Shown: positions 1 through 12,646, counted from the first letter of the stretch. The stretch: DNA of 64,000 nucleotides from Spironucleus salmonicida (GCF_000497125.1 NC_090600.1:496001-560000), one strand, 5' to 3'. Notes: generated from the letters alone by a model not told the origin. Made by a program: numbers and translations.

Positions 1-3000
1 TAACGATGCCAGCGATTCCCCCCGCACCAATCTGCGCAGTTTGCACTGAACACTTTCCCTTAACGGGAATCGAGCCGTCCGCGCAGGAAATACACTTATT
101 TGCGCTGGTGCAGCGCCCGCACCCTTCACCGCATGACTTGCACACATTCTAGGACAAGAAAAGCCCAAACTTGCAGTCTGTGCAATTTGTCAAGGGATCC
201 AAGCTTTTGTAGCAGATTTCGCACTAATTTTCATTCCCCATAACGCAGGTTTGGCAGTCCTTGACCTTGCATATTTAGGCTATTTCGCAGGACCCAGCGG
301 CCGTCAAATCGTAATCTTGGGCGCACCCCTGGCAGCGGTTTGGGTTGTTCCAGACGCAGGTGAGGCAGTTCTCCACTACGCAGCTTTGCTTGAGTTCGCA
401 GTGTTTATAGCTGGTGAGCTAGTAGTTTGGAGCGCAAACTTTGCACTTTTTGGCGTCGCCCTAAACGCAGGTTTGGCAATTTTAGACTTCGCAGGTTTCC
501 AGATTCTCGCAGTTCCGGCCGTTGTATCCGGGCTTGCACTCGCAGGTGCTGTTGCCAGACGTGGTTTTGCAGGCCCCGTTGCCGCCGCACGGCACGGAAA
601 ACTCGCATGAAACGCTCTGGCAGAACGTACCGTTGAACTGCTTCATGCCGGCGCCGCAGTCGGTCTCGCAGGTCACGCCGGTGAAACTCGCCGTGCAGGC
701 GTCGCAGGTGATGTCCGTGAACTGGTCGGCCTGGGTGCAGGTGCGGCAGTTTGGAATAGCGGCAGTGCAGCCGACGCAGTTCGCGTTTTTGAGGAATGGG
801 AAATCGGAGTCGATTTTGCATTTGGTGCAAGCTGTGGGGGCCTCCATTTCGCAGCCGCCGCAGTTGTTCGTGCAGCACTCGGTCTGGTTGTGGTTTATGG
901 TGGTGCCGGCAGCGCAAATCGCGCAGGCAGCTGGGCTCGTGTTCGTGCAGATCACGCATTTTTCGATCTTGTATTTTCCGTTGCAGGTCTTTCCAGAGCC
1001 AGAATGAATCTCGCAGTTGGGGCCTGTTGAGTCAGACTTGCAGGTACATTTCAGACCAGTTCCGGATGCAGTGCATTGGGATTATCCGGAGCACGGGTGG
1101 GGTGTCGTGCAGGAAAATGGTTGGCAGCCCACGTTATTGTACGGAACGGTATCTAATTTGCATTCAATTTCACAGCTTTGCCCGGTAAAATGAGGTAGGC
1201 ATTTGTTGCAGCTGAGGGGGCTGGTGAAAGCGCATTTATCGCAGTTGGGGAACTTCGTCTAGCAATTTGTGCAGGTGGAGCCTTCAACTACATCAAAGTT
1301 ATAGCATGATAGGCATGTGGTCTTATCCTCTTGGCAGGTTTTGCAGGGTGCGGCGCAATTGTTCTCGCAGTTAGGACCGCTAAAGTTTTCGTTGCAAACA
1401 CATTTTTTGCCAATAGTCGAGTCTTCTTAACAGACTCCATTGCTGTTACAGCCAGATGCGCATGAAGTTGGTTGGCAATGTTCCTGTTCGTATTGCTCAT
1501 AACCATTATCGCATTACTTATCGCACTATTCGCCAGTATATCCATGTTTACATGTACCGCACGTGAAATTACCAGTTGAACCTTAGCACAAACTTTAACA
1601 ATTAGGAATGGACTCCTGGCAAGTTAAGGCTGCACACATATTTCCCTGAATCTTGTAGTCGTTTATGCATTCTTAGCATGTATTGCTATCATGGAGTTAA
1701 CACAATTTACAATTTTACACAGAGCAGGGTGGCCTAGATTCACAGTTAATGCCACCAACTCCATCCTGACACTGGCACACCATGTCGTCTTGATTACGGA
1801 CACACTACCCTTCTCCGTTACAGGGAACATGATCATCGCAAGTAATAGGCTGACAATAGCTCTACATGAACTATTTATTTCCGGCAGGACATTGCTAAGT
1901 ACAATCCTCGCCAGTAAATGTAGCTTTGCAAGTGCTGCAAGTAACTTTATTCAGGAAGCCTATTTAAGCACAGGATTGACAATTGGGATAGACCTGTTCG
2001 CATGTTTTACACTCTTAATTATCAAAGAAAGGTGCGTCGCTAGCTTTATCACAACCGAAGCAAGTACTAGGGGTAGCGCTTTCGCAACTGTGGCATCCAA
2101 CGGCGCAACACTAAAGTGCATCGGTTGACAGCGCAGCACCCATAAAGCATTAAGCGCATGTTTTTCCATTTGTACACTTGAAACAATTCTTAATCTCAGG
2201 GCCTCCGCCACATTTTTTACCCGTAGTCAGAACCTCACAATTTGCCCCAGAAACTCCACTATCGCATGTGCAGACGAAATTGTTAGATTTGACAGAGCAT
2301 GCACCATATCCGTTGCAGGGCTTGGCTCCATCGCAGGAGGTTGCCTGGCAGTATAGGCTGTTGTACTGAACCTGGCCTTCCGGGCACTCCTTTTCGCAGG
2401 AAATTCCAGTAAACCCTCTGGAGCAGAACTCGCACGTAACTGCAGATTCTGGTGCAGTCTGGGCACAACCGTGGCAGTTAGGGACATCCTGGCACGAAAT
2501 ACAAGCAGATCCAACCAAAAATTAACCGGGCGGACAGCTAGTGCACACCTTGTGGTCTGCACTAGTACATGTAGCGCAACTACTATCGCATTGATTTTCA
2601 CAATTTTGCCCAGCAAAACCCTATGTGCAGTTACAAACTTTGTCTCCCTCCATGTTTACCTGGCAGGTACCGTTTCCAGAGCACGCCTGACCGCTAATGC
2701 AGGACGGGTTCTAGCATTGGCTTTCAGTAAACTAAACATAATTTCCAGGGCATTATTTCTTGCAATCCGACTGTGTGAAGCTACCAGAGCATTTTTTGCA
2801 GGTAAAATTAGGGAAAACTCCATCGCAAGTCGCACAGTTTGTAATAATTTATTCACACGTTTTTGGAGCGCAGGTATTTTCTGATAGCATATAGTTTGCA
2901 TCGCAAACAGAGCATACATTAGAAACACTACAAACAGCGCAATTCTCAATATTGCAGGTTGCGGTGCTGGTCTCGCAATTGGCTCCAATAAAGCCGGAAT

Positions 3001-3862
3001 TGCAGGAGCAAAATAGGAACTCGTCCTTTTTCACGCAAGTGCCATTTCCGTTGCATTAGCTAGTCTCAGTGCAGGATGTAGAGGAGCAGAAGTTAATATT
3101 GTGCTAAATTGTGCCAGCAGGGCATTCTCGCTCACAATTTTCACCGGTGAGGCGATCGCGGCATTACGTGCATTGGGCTTCTGCGCCAGAATTTTGAGCG
3201 CATTTCAAGCAGCCATTAATGGCATCAAAGCAGGAAATACACGAATCATCTTTTAAAACTGACCTGATGGAGTCTGGGTCGCATGACTTACACACCGAGG
3301 GCGGGAAAGGGTTCGTAGTCTCAAAATTACCCGTGGTATTTAAGCACGTCTTGCAGCCATTATTGCAGCATCCGGACGCGGGGTCAGGGCCTAACGTTCC
3401 TGGAATGCATCCAGCGCAATCTGCATTATTGCATCCTGAACAAACGGGGAATAAAGTCCCATTACATGTAACACCTACTTTGCGCCTATCGCAATTAGGG
3501 CCTGTGAAATGGCGCTGTTAGTTTTTGGGCTTTTTATCATTTGTACAAAGGCAGGAAGTATCACCATTATTGACAGCAGCCTAAATGGCTCCGTATTTCG
3601 CCCCAGAGCAAATATTTTCGGTTTTACCTTCGAAAGGGAAAGCGGCAGTAAAAGGCTAGCAGTTGCCTTCATTAAGCTGTACCATTCCATCACCGCAATT
3701 TCTAGCGCATGCAGGCCCAGTGAATGGTATTTTGCAGACTTTGCAGGTGATAGTAGTGGAATCGGATTATTAGCAGATTCTGCAATTTGGAATTGCAGTT
3801 TGGCAGGAAACGCAGGTTCCGTTGTTATTGAAAGGTGTCAGAGAAGTCAGATCACACGTCAT
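1..3862 (-). CDS. Cysteine-rich membrane protein (CXXC plus EGF-like modules), copy 1; 3' end runs off the window inside the TM helix
   Basis: ATG at 3862 (MTCDLTSLTPFNNNGTCVSC...), open with TAR=Gln. Colinear inverted duplicate of 26124-29985: matching coordinates sum to 29986 at both ends. Confidence 0.9.
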
Positions 3863-5522
3863 TTTTAAATATACAAAAAGTAACAATTATGAACATTATG
3901 GTAAATTACGTATATATCGCTGTTGTATTTTAATTTGTGAATTTTTATATTTATATAAATAATATAATTATACACTTTCAACATAAAAATATTTATATTA
4001 TATTATTATATAACTTTTAAGTAAAAACTCAAAATTTAAGAAGTGAATATTTGATAAAATTTAAATATTAAGGCGTTAGTCGCGACAATAAGCAAAAACT
4101 TTCAAGCGGGTTATTGTATAAAGTCAAATTAGAGATGTTTTTATTAATTTATGTTACTATATTATTAAAACATAATATTCAATTGTTAGGGTAGTAAAAT
4201 GTATTAATGAAATTATTCTAAATTATAGAGGAAGCTTGAACTATGAGGATTATAGATATGACATAATGAATGAAAACTTACATTCCAAAATAAGTAGTTT
4301 ATCATTCAACAAGTATTTATCTACGAAAATATTATCATAATTTACTTGCTGGATTATATTTAAAACTAAATTTCAGTAATCTTATAATAAAAATCCATAT
4401 CTATACATTAATGATAGAAAAATATCGTCGAATTATGATTGAAAATCACTAATATCTTGTCTGTTACAACAAATTTTTTGAACAGTTTAACATTATTCAT
4501 AATTTTTAGACAAAGCCATCATTTAAAGATCTAATTCAATAATTATAGATATTTATGTAATATTTACTAAATAACTAATTAATAACTATTAATATAGACC
4601 ATTATCTTCTTAACTTCAAACTTGATTAGTTCCATGAAGCTAACTATGTAAGCTTCGTACTATTTTTGAAAATTTATAAATATAATTATAATATAAATAT
4701 TAATAAAGCCATAAATTTAAATAATTTTAACATCAAAATTCTGCATCAATGTGCCTTTCAATACAATAGATTGATCTTAACTCATATCATTTAATTAGTA
4801 AATTATTGTAAAATCTTAACATATTTCTATTGGAAGGGTCTATTCATCAACATAATTATATAATATAAATGAATAATTTTTAAAACTATATTTGTTATTT
4901 AATTTAACTATATTTAGATATATTTTATTATTTCAATAGAAACCCTATAATAACAATATATTTATTAAAATATTTTTTAACCAGTTTAATACAATGAAAA
5001 TAATTTCATTATAAATAGGCAAATCAATCATATTTTTTATTATAAATCTTTTATATAATGAATTACATTTGCTTAACAATAAAACCAGACCGGCTATGAT
5101 ACTTCCTGATGCAGTCGATTATTGAAAAGCTAGTTAAATTGAGTATATATGGTTCATATATAAAAATCACTCAAAATATACATTTATTTTATGTATAGTT
5201 TAAATTTACAATTACAAATAAAAAATTAAAATTGTCCTAAGTATTGTAACGTATTATATGCATATCATTATATATAAATAATTTATACAGATTGTCTGCA
5301 ATATTATTACTAATTATTGTGGTTTAATTATTATAATAACATAAATTTTCTACATATAAAAACTATAAAATTGCTATTATACTATAAAAATATTATCATC
5401 ACTGATTATACCAAATACATTTTTACCTATTTTTAACTTATTTAAAATGTATTTTTTCCAAAAGTATAATAAATGCTTTTAATAACAATTATATAATAAA
5501 AATAAATTTTTGATAATCAAGA

Positions 5523-7094
5523 ATGCTAATAATATTATTGCAAGAATAGATACAGTGCTTTAGTGTTGATTCTATATTAATCGGAGTTTTATAACGTTCA
5601 TAATTTAACATGATTGTTAACCCATCTAAAAATCAAACTTTACACTGTCTTGCTTTTAACAATACTACTTCTACAGCCAGTTTAAATTATGTGGAAGCTG
5701 GAGCTATAAAAAGTATTTAAACTGATTTTCTTTATTAAAGCGAGCATCCTTTAAACATAACATTTGATAAAATTCCTAGTCTTGTATTTAACTTTATGAC
5801 AGACCTTTCTATAGTATCATATACAGTTGTATTAGGCAAAGAGTTAGCTGTACCTGGGACATTCTCACTTATTTAACATACTTTAGTCAATACTTCAAAC
5901 TGTTGGAATGATGTTACTTTAGTATATAATCGTTCTGATAACTCATATATTACGATTAATGCCTAACCCAATGACTGCTTAGTTACGACACCCAAAGTAG
6001 ATTTCTAATATCAGCTAAATAATAATTGGATCTCTATTCCAATTGCCCCTAATTCCTCATCACCAGAATCATATTTTAAGTTTCCCTTTATACATATGGA
6101 CACAAAAAATTATCAAATTTTTTCGGAAACCTAGTCCTTTGAGATATAATAACTAATAACTAACTTTTTTACTAACTTTGCTTAGAATCGGTAACTTCCT
6201 ATCCGTATTGCTTTAATATTTACGTAAGCAGGCTCAAGTCTTAGCTAAGAAATTTTTGGCACTGTAACAAAAATAGAAACTGACACAAATAACTGTATTT
6301 TAGATCTTAACTCAATTGCTATAGTTACGGCAGAAGCCATTCAGAATGTTGCAGCGTTAACAAGTCTAAATTCATGTCTGATTAGCTCCACAGTAACTGT
6401 CACAAGTGTCTTCTAAAAACAATAAATTAGCAATACAGAACCGACTACTGGTATCAGCGGAAAGACTGCAATTGTTTTCAATTTTCAAGTCAAGAATGAC
6501 TAGATATTACTTTAAAATCTGACTGGATAATAGCAATAGTTTTTTATCTCCTTCTTTGACGCTGACGGAAATATAATCCTAGAGTAGACTACAGTTTTTG
6601 ATCCAATATAGTCCTGCTTTTTCGATATCATAAGCAAAGTCAGTTTAAAAAATACGTGTGTTGTGCTATTTCCGACTCTGACACCAATATGTATCGAAAA
6701 ATATCATAGTGGAGTAGTGACAACGTAGTAGTAAATCCTATAATTGACAGAGAGTACGACCTCACGGATACAGTATTAGGTGTATTAAAAGAAGTTAACA
6801 GTACCTAATATAACCTTTTATTAGGAGTGCTTTAATGTTGATGTTACAATAACAGAAAGTCAGTTTCCTTTCTATCCAGGAGATTATGCAGTGCGGCAAA
6901 AGGCGTTTATTACAGATATGAAAACAGCTTTTCGGCCAAGCATTTTTATCACAAATGACATTGATTACTAACTAAGTTATGACGTCATAATTGATCAGAC
7001 TAGTATAATTCTTATATACTTTTGGATTATAATAAGCGTTTTACTTATTATTGCTGTAGCAGTAACAGCTTTTTATAGTTTGAAGCAGCAATGA
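5523..7094 (+). CDS. Type-I transmembrane protein, 523 aa, unknown function; paralog of 30740-32278
   Basis: TGA-free frame MLIILLQEQIQCFSVDS...; short hydrophobic N-terminus, scattered Cys, C-terminal TM IILIYFWIIISVLLIIAVAVTAFYSL, then KQQ-TGA. Confidence 0.85.
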
Positions 7095-7641
7095 TTTTTG
7101 TATTTAATTTATATATGATATTTTATAAATTTAAATCAATATTTTCTCCGCGTAATAGACTTGATAAAAATCAGTTAGATGCATAAATAATATCATGAAT
7201 ATAATTTAATCATTAAGGATTAAAAATGGAAAATATATGTAATTAAAAAGACTAATAATCACATTGAACGAGTAATTAAAAATTATTAAACAGATAATAA
7301 AATTTCATGCTGAAACTCGTATAATAGTTCTTTTTCGAAGATAGTGTATAAAGTTTTTGCATTACTATATTAAATGTCCAAAACTAGGAAAGTTTAACGG
7401 ATTTCAAAAGAACCAGATCTATTACAATGAACTAAGATTAAAAAATAATTTGTATAGTTAATACTCTTATATTTCTAAAAAGTCATTATATTTATTTTAG
7501 TAAGAAAATAAGAACAATCCAAATATAAATATATCTGATAGAAAGAATGAATTTCTAATTATAGCAACAATTGGATCTAGAATAAAATATTTTATATACA
7601 AAAAACTTTTATATACCTTAAGTTACTTTTTATTCATAATA

Positions 7642-8010
7642 TCATTCCATAATCTTTCCGATTGCATCAATCTCTACTACTGCTCCAGCTGCTATATCCT
7701 CAACTTCAATAACAACCTTTTAAACATCACATCCATTGAAATATTCATTAAAAATCTTAATAACAATATCCTAAGAATTACCTTTCTTAATAAAAATTTA
7801 GCATTTGTATACTTGTTAAATGGATGATTTCCCAGCTTCTAAAACAGCCTTTAAATTAATCAAAACGTTATTTGTTTAATCTATAATTGAAGGAGGCATA
7901 ACTCCATCACGGAAACCTAATTATCCTGATGTAAATATAGTATTATTAGCAATAATAGCTGGTGAATAAGGGCCTACTGTGGTAGAGGAAGTCGATATTT
8001 ATGTAAGCAT
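7642..8010 (-). CDS. RidA/YjgF/UK114 (endoribonuclease L-PSP) family protein, 122 aa
   Basis: Family motifs VGPYSPAI, IFTSGQLG (Q encoded by TAA), QT..VL.NLKAVLEAG and VEIDAIG. Confidence 0.9.
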
Positions 8011-8271
8011 TTTAATAAATATTTAAAATATAGCTAGATTATATAATATTATAATAGTATTATTTTTGGTTTATTTGAAAAAATCGAGTTTAGTAAAATC
8101 TTTAAAAGAAAAATTTAATGAACTAAATGTTTATGAAATAAACGTGCATAAATTACTACAAATACTTAATATTCTAAGTGTCATTTATGGTATTATAGTA
8201 ATAAATAAACAATTGAGATAATCTATATTATTATATGATATATTAAATAATACACTAAGTAAAACTGAAAA

Positions 8272-8598
8272 ATGGATTTTTAATTTGATTTTAGTGCTCT
8301 TTCATTAGCTGAACTTTAATAACCTGCTATAATTGCCTTATAATAGCATATATCTATGTAAACTTTAACTCCATAAATACTTAGAAACTTACGTGCCTAA
8401 ATTTTAAGCTCAAATGAAATTTTTATATAACTTTTATATAAAGAGGAGCCAACTATACTAGATTCACTATAGGCAAGAAATTTAGAGCTTCGGGTAAGAT
8501 TAGATTAAATGAAGCATCCAGATCAGCCAATTTTTATGTTTGCATGTATAGGTGTCTCATGGGCAATATTTTTAGTATGGTTAAGCTTAAATATATGA
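8272..8598 (+). CDS. Small tail-anchored membrane protein, 108 aa, hypothetical
   Basis: ATG-to-TGA frame with TAR=Gln; short coiled-coil followed by a C-terminal hydrophobic helix IFMFACIGVSWAIFLVWLSLNI. Confidence 0.65.
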
Positions 8599-8676
8599 AA
8601 TTACTTAGTACAACTAAATAAATAATGATATAAAATATTAATATAAGTATATAGTTTATGCACTATGATAATGATC

Positions 8677-9261
8677 TCACTCTGCATCAATATTTCCTTC
8701 ACAGTATCTTTCGCATAATTTATCAATTTAGAAACCACGGGATATTTCTTAAATAGCAGTATTATTAGATTTTGCAACATTTGTAAATTTCTTAAGTTAT
8801 ACACCAGCATACTTTTATTCTGTTTCACTGCTATGATTGTAAGCTTGCACATCAAGAAACTTGGGAGCAATATTATTATATTAAAACTATGTTGGGATAA
8901 ATATAGATGGTAAAATTAATAAGATTAATAACACAAAAACAAAAAATGAATTTTAATTAAACTGATATGGTTCGTCAGTAAAAATAGTGGGATCAAGTTC
9001 TAGTTATTGATTTTCGACTATTTCAGCTCCATTTTAGTTCATTTTCTATATTTCGTATGCTAGATCTTTAATTGTGCTATGAAGCTCTAAAAATACTGAA
9101 TTATTTTGCTACTTTAACAAAGAATTTTCTGCCTCTAATTTAATATTTTCAAGCTATAATCGATCTAATACTTCCTACTATTACATTTATATTTCTTTTT
9201 ACTTTTCCCTATATTATTTAGAGGCCATCTTCTGCTTTTCTTTTGAATCTAATTCATCCAT
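8677..9261 (-). CDS. bZIP-like protein with one internal transmembrane helix, 194 aa
   Basis: MDELDSKEKQKMASKQYREKQKEIQMQQQEVLDRLQLENIKLEAENSLLKQQN...FFVFVLLILLILPSIFIPT...NIDAE; ends GAG-TGA. The ORF is solid; the bZIP call is by motif inspection. Confidence 0.75.
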
Positions 9262-9331
9262 TTTAAAACGGAATATGATGCTATGATGTATACCATTATA
9301 TAATATTATTATTTAAAAAATATTATACTAA

Positions 9332-9898
9332 ATGCCTGTGTATCAACCGCCATTATTTCATCTTAATCTGGGTTATAATGAAAATCATATGATTTTTAAC
9401 ATGTAAATATAAACAAAACAATATAATCCTAAATTTGTAGTATTCTAGTGCTCTAATAATCTTCTGCCTTAGATCTTAAAAAAAACCTCTCAACTTTAAG
9501 TCGTTTTAAAGAACTATTTGCATTACTTACTTTAAACTACATTATAGCCTATAGAACCACCAACTACAAACCTTTTAACTATTTTAACTAAAAATACAGA
9601 TTTTCTACTCACAATACTACAGTTAACCATTTAAAAAAACGGCAAATTCATTTTTGTGATTCCAGACTATTTATTCCTCAACCGCGATCTCACACCAACT
9701 TACAATGCGCTGCTCCAGCCCTTGCAGAACATCCTGAAAATCGTGTATAACCACTACACAGAAAATCACTATTTTGCGCTCAACAACACTCCTGCACCTA
9801 AGCACGTCGCTTTAAGCCAAAATTCAACGCAGCCACGCAAATCTCATATTACTGCCCAAATTCTAAAACCCAAAGTGACCGTTTACACGACTTACTGA
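9332..9898 (+). CDS. Hypothetical protein, 188 aa
   Basis: TGA-free frame from ATG 9332 (MPVYQPPLFH...) that contains the track ORF 9656-9898. Confidence 0.6.
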
Positions 9899-9910
9899 CA
9901 ATTTCTACCC

Positions 9911-10978
9911 TCACTTCTTCAAATTAACGATATTCTTCATGTCCGCCTGCCCTCTCTTCTGGCCTACGCACTCGACGATCCACACGATGTTCTCGATTTC
10001 GATCTCCCGCATCATCAGATACGCCCAAACGCAGCCAATATTGAACTGCTAGCTCAGCGTGTCGATCAGGACGTCCACTTTCGCGATTTGGAACTGCTCC
10101 TGCAACCCCCTGCCCTGCGCGAGCGCGGCGTCGAAAACGCCGCTGTACTCCTAGAAGTCCGAAACGGCCTGCCTCAGGCTGTCGATGTCCGTGGAAAGGC
10201 CGATTTGGTCGTGCCAGAGCGGGTAAAGGAGGCCGATCGGAGCGAACATTTCGGCCAGTTTCTGCGGTTTCTGGAAGTTGTAGTTCAGCAAATCGGCTTT
10301 CAGGAGGATCGCGCGCACGTCGCACTCGAACGCCAGCAGCGTCCTGCAGGCCTCGTAGGTGTTTCCGCCGCAGCGCTGCAGGAACCGCTCGAAAACTATG
10401 TAAAACTGCTTGTAGACGCGGCACCTCATCATTTCGAGCTCGATGAGGTAGTCCTGCTCAGGGAGCGATTTGAGGTTGTGGAGCGTATCTGCGTCGATCT
10501 GGGCGCTTTCGAAGTAGGACGCGATGGGGAGCTGCTCCAGAACGATCGTGAAGGCGTCTTCGGACTGCGCGAGCTGGGCCAGAGGAGGGAGAAATCCGAT
10601 GGGATGGAATGTTGCCTGCTCATCGCTGTGCTTCAGATATGATAGGAGGGCTATGAAGACGTTGTCGATCATGTAGCGGTGACGGATGAACTGGATTATC
10701 GCGTAGAACGGAGCTTCCGATTCGCCTTCAATTTCATCGATCTCGTCGCTCAGGCGCTTCGTGAGCCTGGATCTGAGCTGCGATGCCTGTGGTACGCGCA
10801 AATCTGCGACCGCAGACTGCAGATATGTGCCCTGGAGCGCCGTCAGCACTTCTTGTACCGAGTTGAGCTGCGAGAGGGCGCCATATTCGGCGGGTGAGAG
10901 GAATTTGTCGCATTTGGAGCGAATGAAGGCCTCAGTATCACCGCTGGATGCGTTAAACAGCGCACTGTTCGCAATCAT
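9911..10978 (-). CDS. VMA6: V-type ATPase V0 subunit d (AC39/Vma6), 355 aa
   Basis: Motifs EAFIRS..FLSPAEY..L.Q, YMIDNV, FHPIG, LAFECD.R, IGLLYP and C-terminal E.EIENIVWI.EC; reads through TAG at 10151-10153 to AAG-TGA. Confidence 0.93.
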
Positions 10979-11063
10979 TTTTTGGATTTAGTTGACGTGG
11001 AAGGGTAAAATCATACTATATTATATATAATATTGATAAAATATTTTCATGACACCACTTTGC

Positions 11064-11597
11064 TCAGCGCCAATTTTTCTTCCTGTACGCGGCGAAGAAC
11101 ACATTGAATTCCATGACTCCCCTGCTGCCAAACTCCCTTCTGACCCGCTCGACCTCGAAATCGACGATTTTTGTGAATTCCGCGACTGTCGCGAAGTCGA
11201 ACTAACGCAGGAACGCATCGCTCTGGGCCATTTTTGCCAGCAGCTGGTGCGCAACGTTGATCATCAGCAATCCCCAGCCGAGCTCTTCACGCGCATAGAC
11301 AGACATGGATGCGTCCATTACGTGCGCTGCGAGGGCGCCGAGCCCACGGAAGTCTGACACCGGCGATCCAGCACGCTAGAAACCGACATCCTGCCAACTA
11401 TCCACGTGATGCCGCGCCCGGAATGTCTCGATCAGGCGCTCTTCCGGGATCTGGATGGTGGCTTTTGCAAGATTCTGCATTCGCAACAGCGCAGCGCGTT
11501 GTGCGCTGGAGGATGGCTGAAGGGTGGTGCGTAGGTGGAAAACGAGCGGGATTGCCACGAACACAGAGAACAGAAAAAATTTTGCCAATTGGGTCAT
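11064..11597 (-). CDS. ELMO/CED-12 domain protein (ELMOD-like, putative ARF/ARL GAP), 177 aa
   Basis: WQDVGFQRAGSPVSDFRGLGALA matches the ELMO W..GFQ...P.TDFRG.G signature (the GFQ Gln is TAG); downstream LMINVA and MEFN motifs. Confidence 0.85.
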
Positions 11598-11743
11598 TTT
11601 TTCATAATATTATATTTGATATAATACTGATAAAAAGTGAATTATTGTTTAAGTGGATAATTATAACATATAAAAATATTTTTAATACTAAATTTCTTGG
11701 TTTATATAATAATTTGAATAGGTTCGATTGCATAATGTAAAAA

Positions 11744-12343
11744 ATGGGAAGTCCTATGCTGTATGTGCCTAATCTGATTGACTATATCAGATTGTTGTTG
11801 CTAGTAATAGTGTTGTATGTTAAATCGGTTAAGAAACAAGCGGTTCTGCTTATCCTGTCAGATGTTTTGGATCTTTTGGATGGATATATTGCGCGCTTGC
11901 TTAAGCAGATGACTATATTAGGGTAAATTTTAGACATGGTGGTTGACCGTATATCGTCAACTATAATTTCTATATTGATAATTTAGCATTCTCCGTAATA
12001 TCTAACACCTTTCACATTGCTAATTGTAATTGACATAAGTGCTCATTGGCTTAGGCACGTATGTGGTTTTATATTAAAATCTCATCATAAAGAGATAATT
12101 ACTGTTCAACCTTTACTTAATTTATATTATCAAAGTAAAATACTCCTTACACTTTTATGTTTTTGTTATCAAGGGTTTTTAATTAGCTTCTTGCTTTACA
12201 TTAACGGAGAACTTGAGACAGTATCTAAGTTATTTTGTAGCATAAGTTTTATACCATTAATACTTAAAGTATGGATTAGTATTTTATAAGGGTGGGAAGG
12301 GTTGAAGTTACTGTCAGCTTTGGAATGTGAAAAAAGCGAATGA
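11744..12343 (+). CDS. PIS1: CDP-diacylglycerol-inositol phosphatidyltransferase (PI synthase), 199 aa
   Basis: LYVPNLIDYIR start; CDP-alcohol phosphotransferase motif DLLDGYIARLLKQMTILGQILDMVVDR; DISAHW, SHHK and LLNLYY motifs. Confidence 0.93.
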
Positions 12344-12646
12344 TTTATACTATTAAAATAATTATATTTGTTATATGGTGCTATAAATTTACAGTTATGT
12401 TAAAAAGATAATTATGAAAGGTAGTATCAAACAAAAATCATTAATATACGCAGCCATAACTGTCAATATACTAGTTTATTATGGTTTCTTTGAACTTCAA
12501 AAAAGATTAAAATTCCACTATTATACACCACTAATAATCTAAACTATTATCGTTTTTCATTTTTTAAACTATTATATAAGATTTTATACATATATATTTA
12601 CTATGTAATTTTAATTTTAATTAAAAATTTCATTCCTTTTGAGATA

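Noticed and set aside
251-3868. Plus-strand ORFs over the first cysteine-rich gene and their mirror images at 26-30 kb
   Set aside because: Antisense or alternative frames of the cysteine-rich CDS with no independent support.
8950-9000. IRE1-type splice site (CUGACG) just upstream of the TM in the bZIP-like mRNA
   Set aside because: Only one CNGNNG match and no convincing twin stem-loops; expected by chance.
11049-11357. Plus-strand 102-aa ORF ending in TGA
   Set aside because: Antisense shadow of the ELMO-domain gene, which has recognisable motifs.
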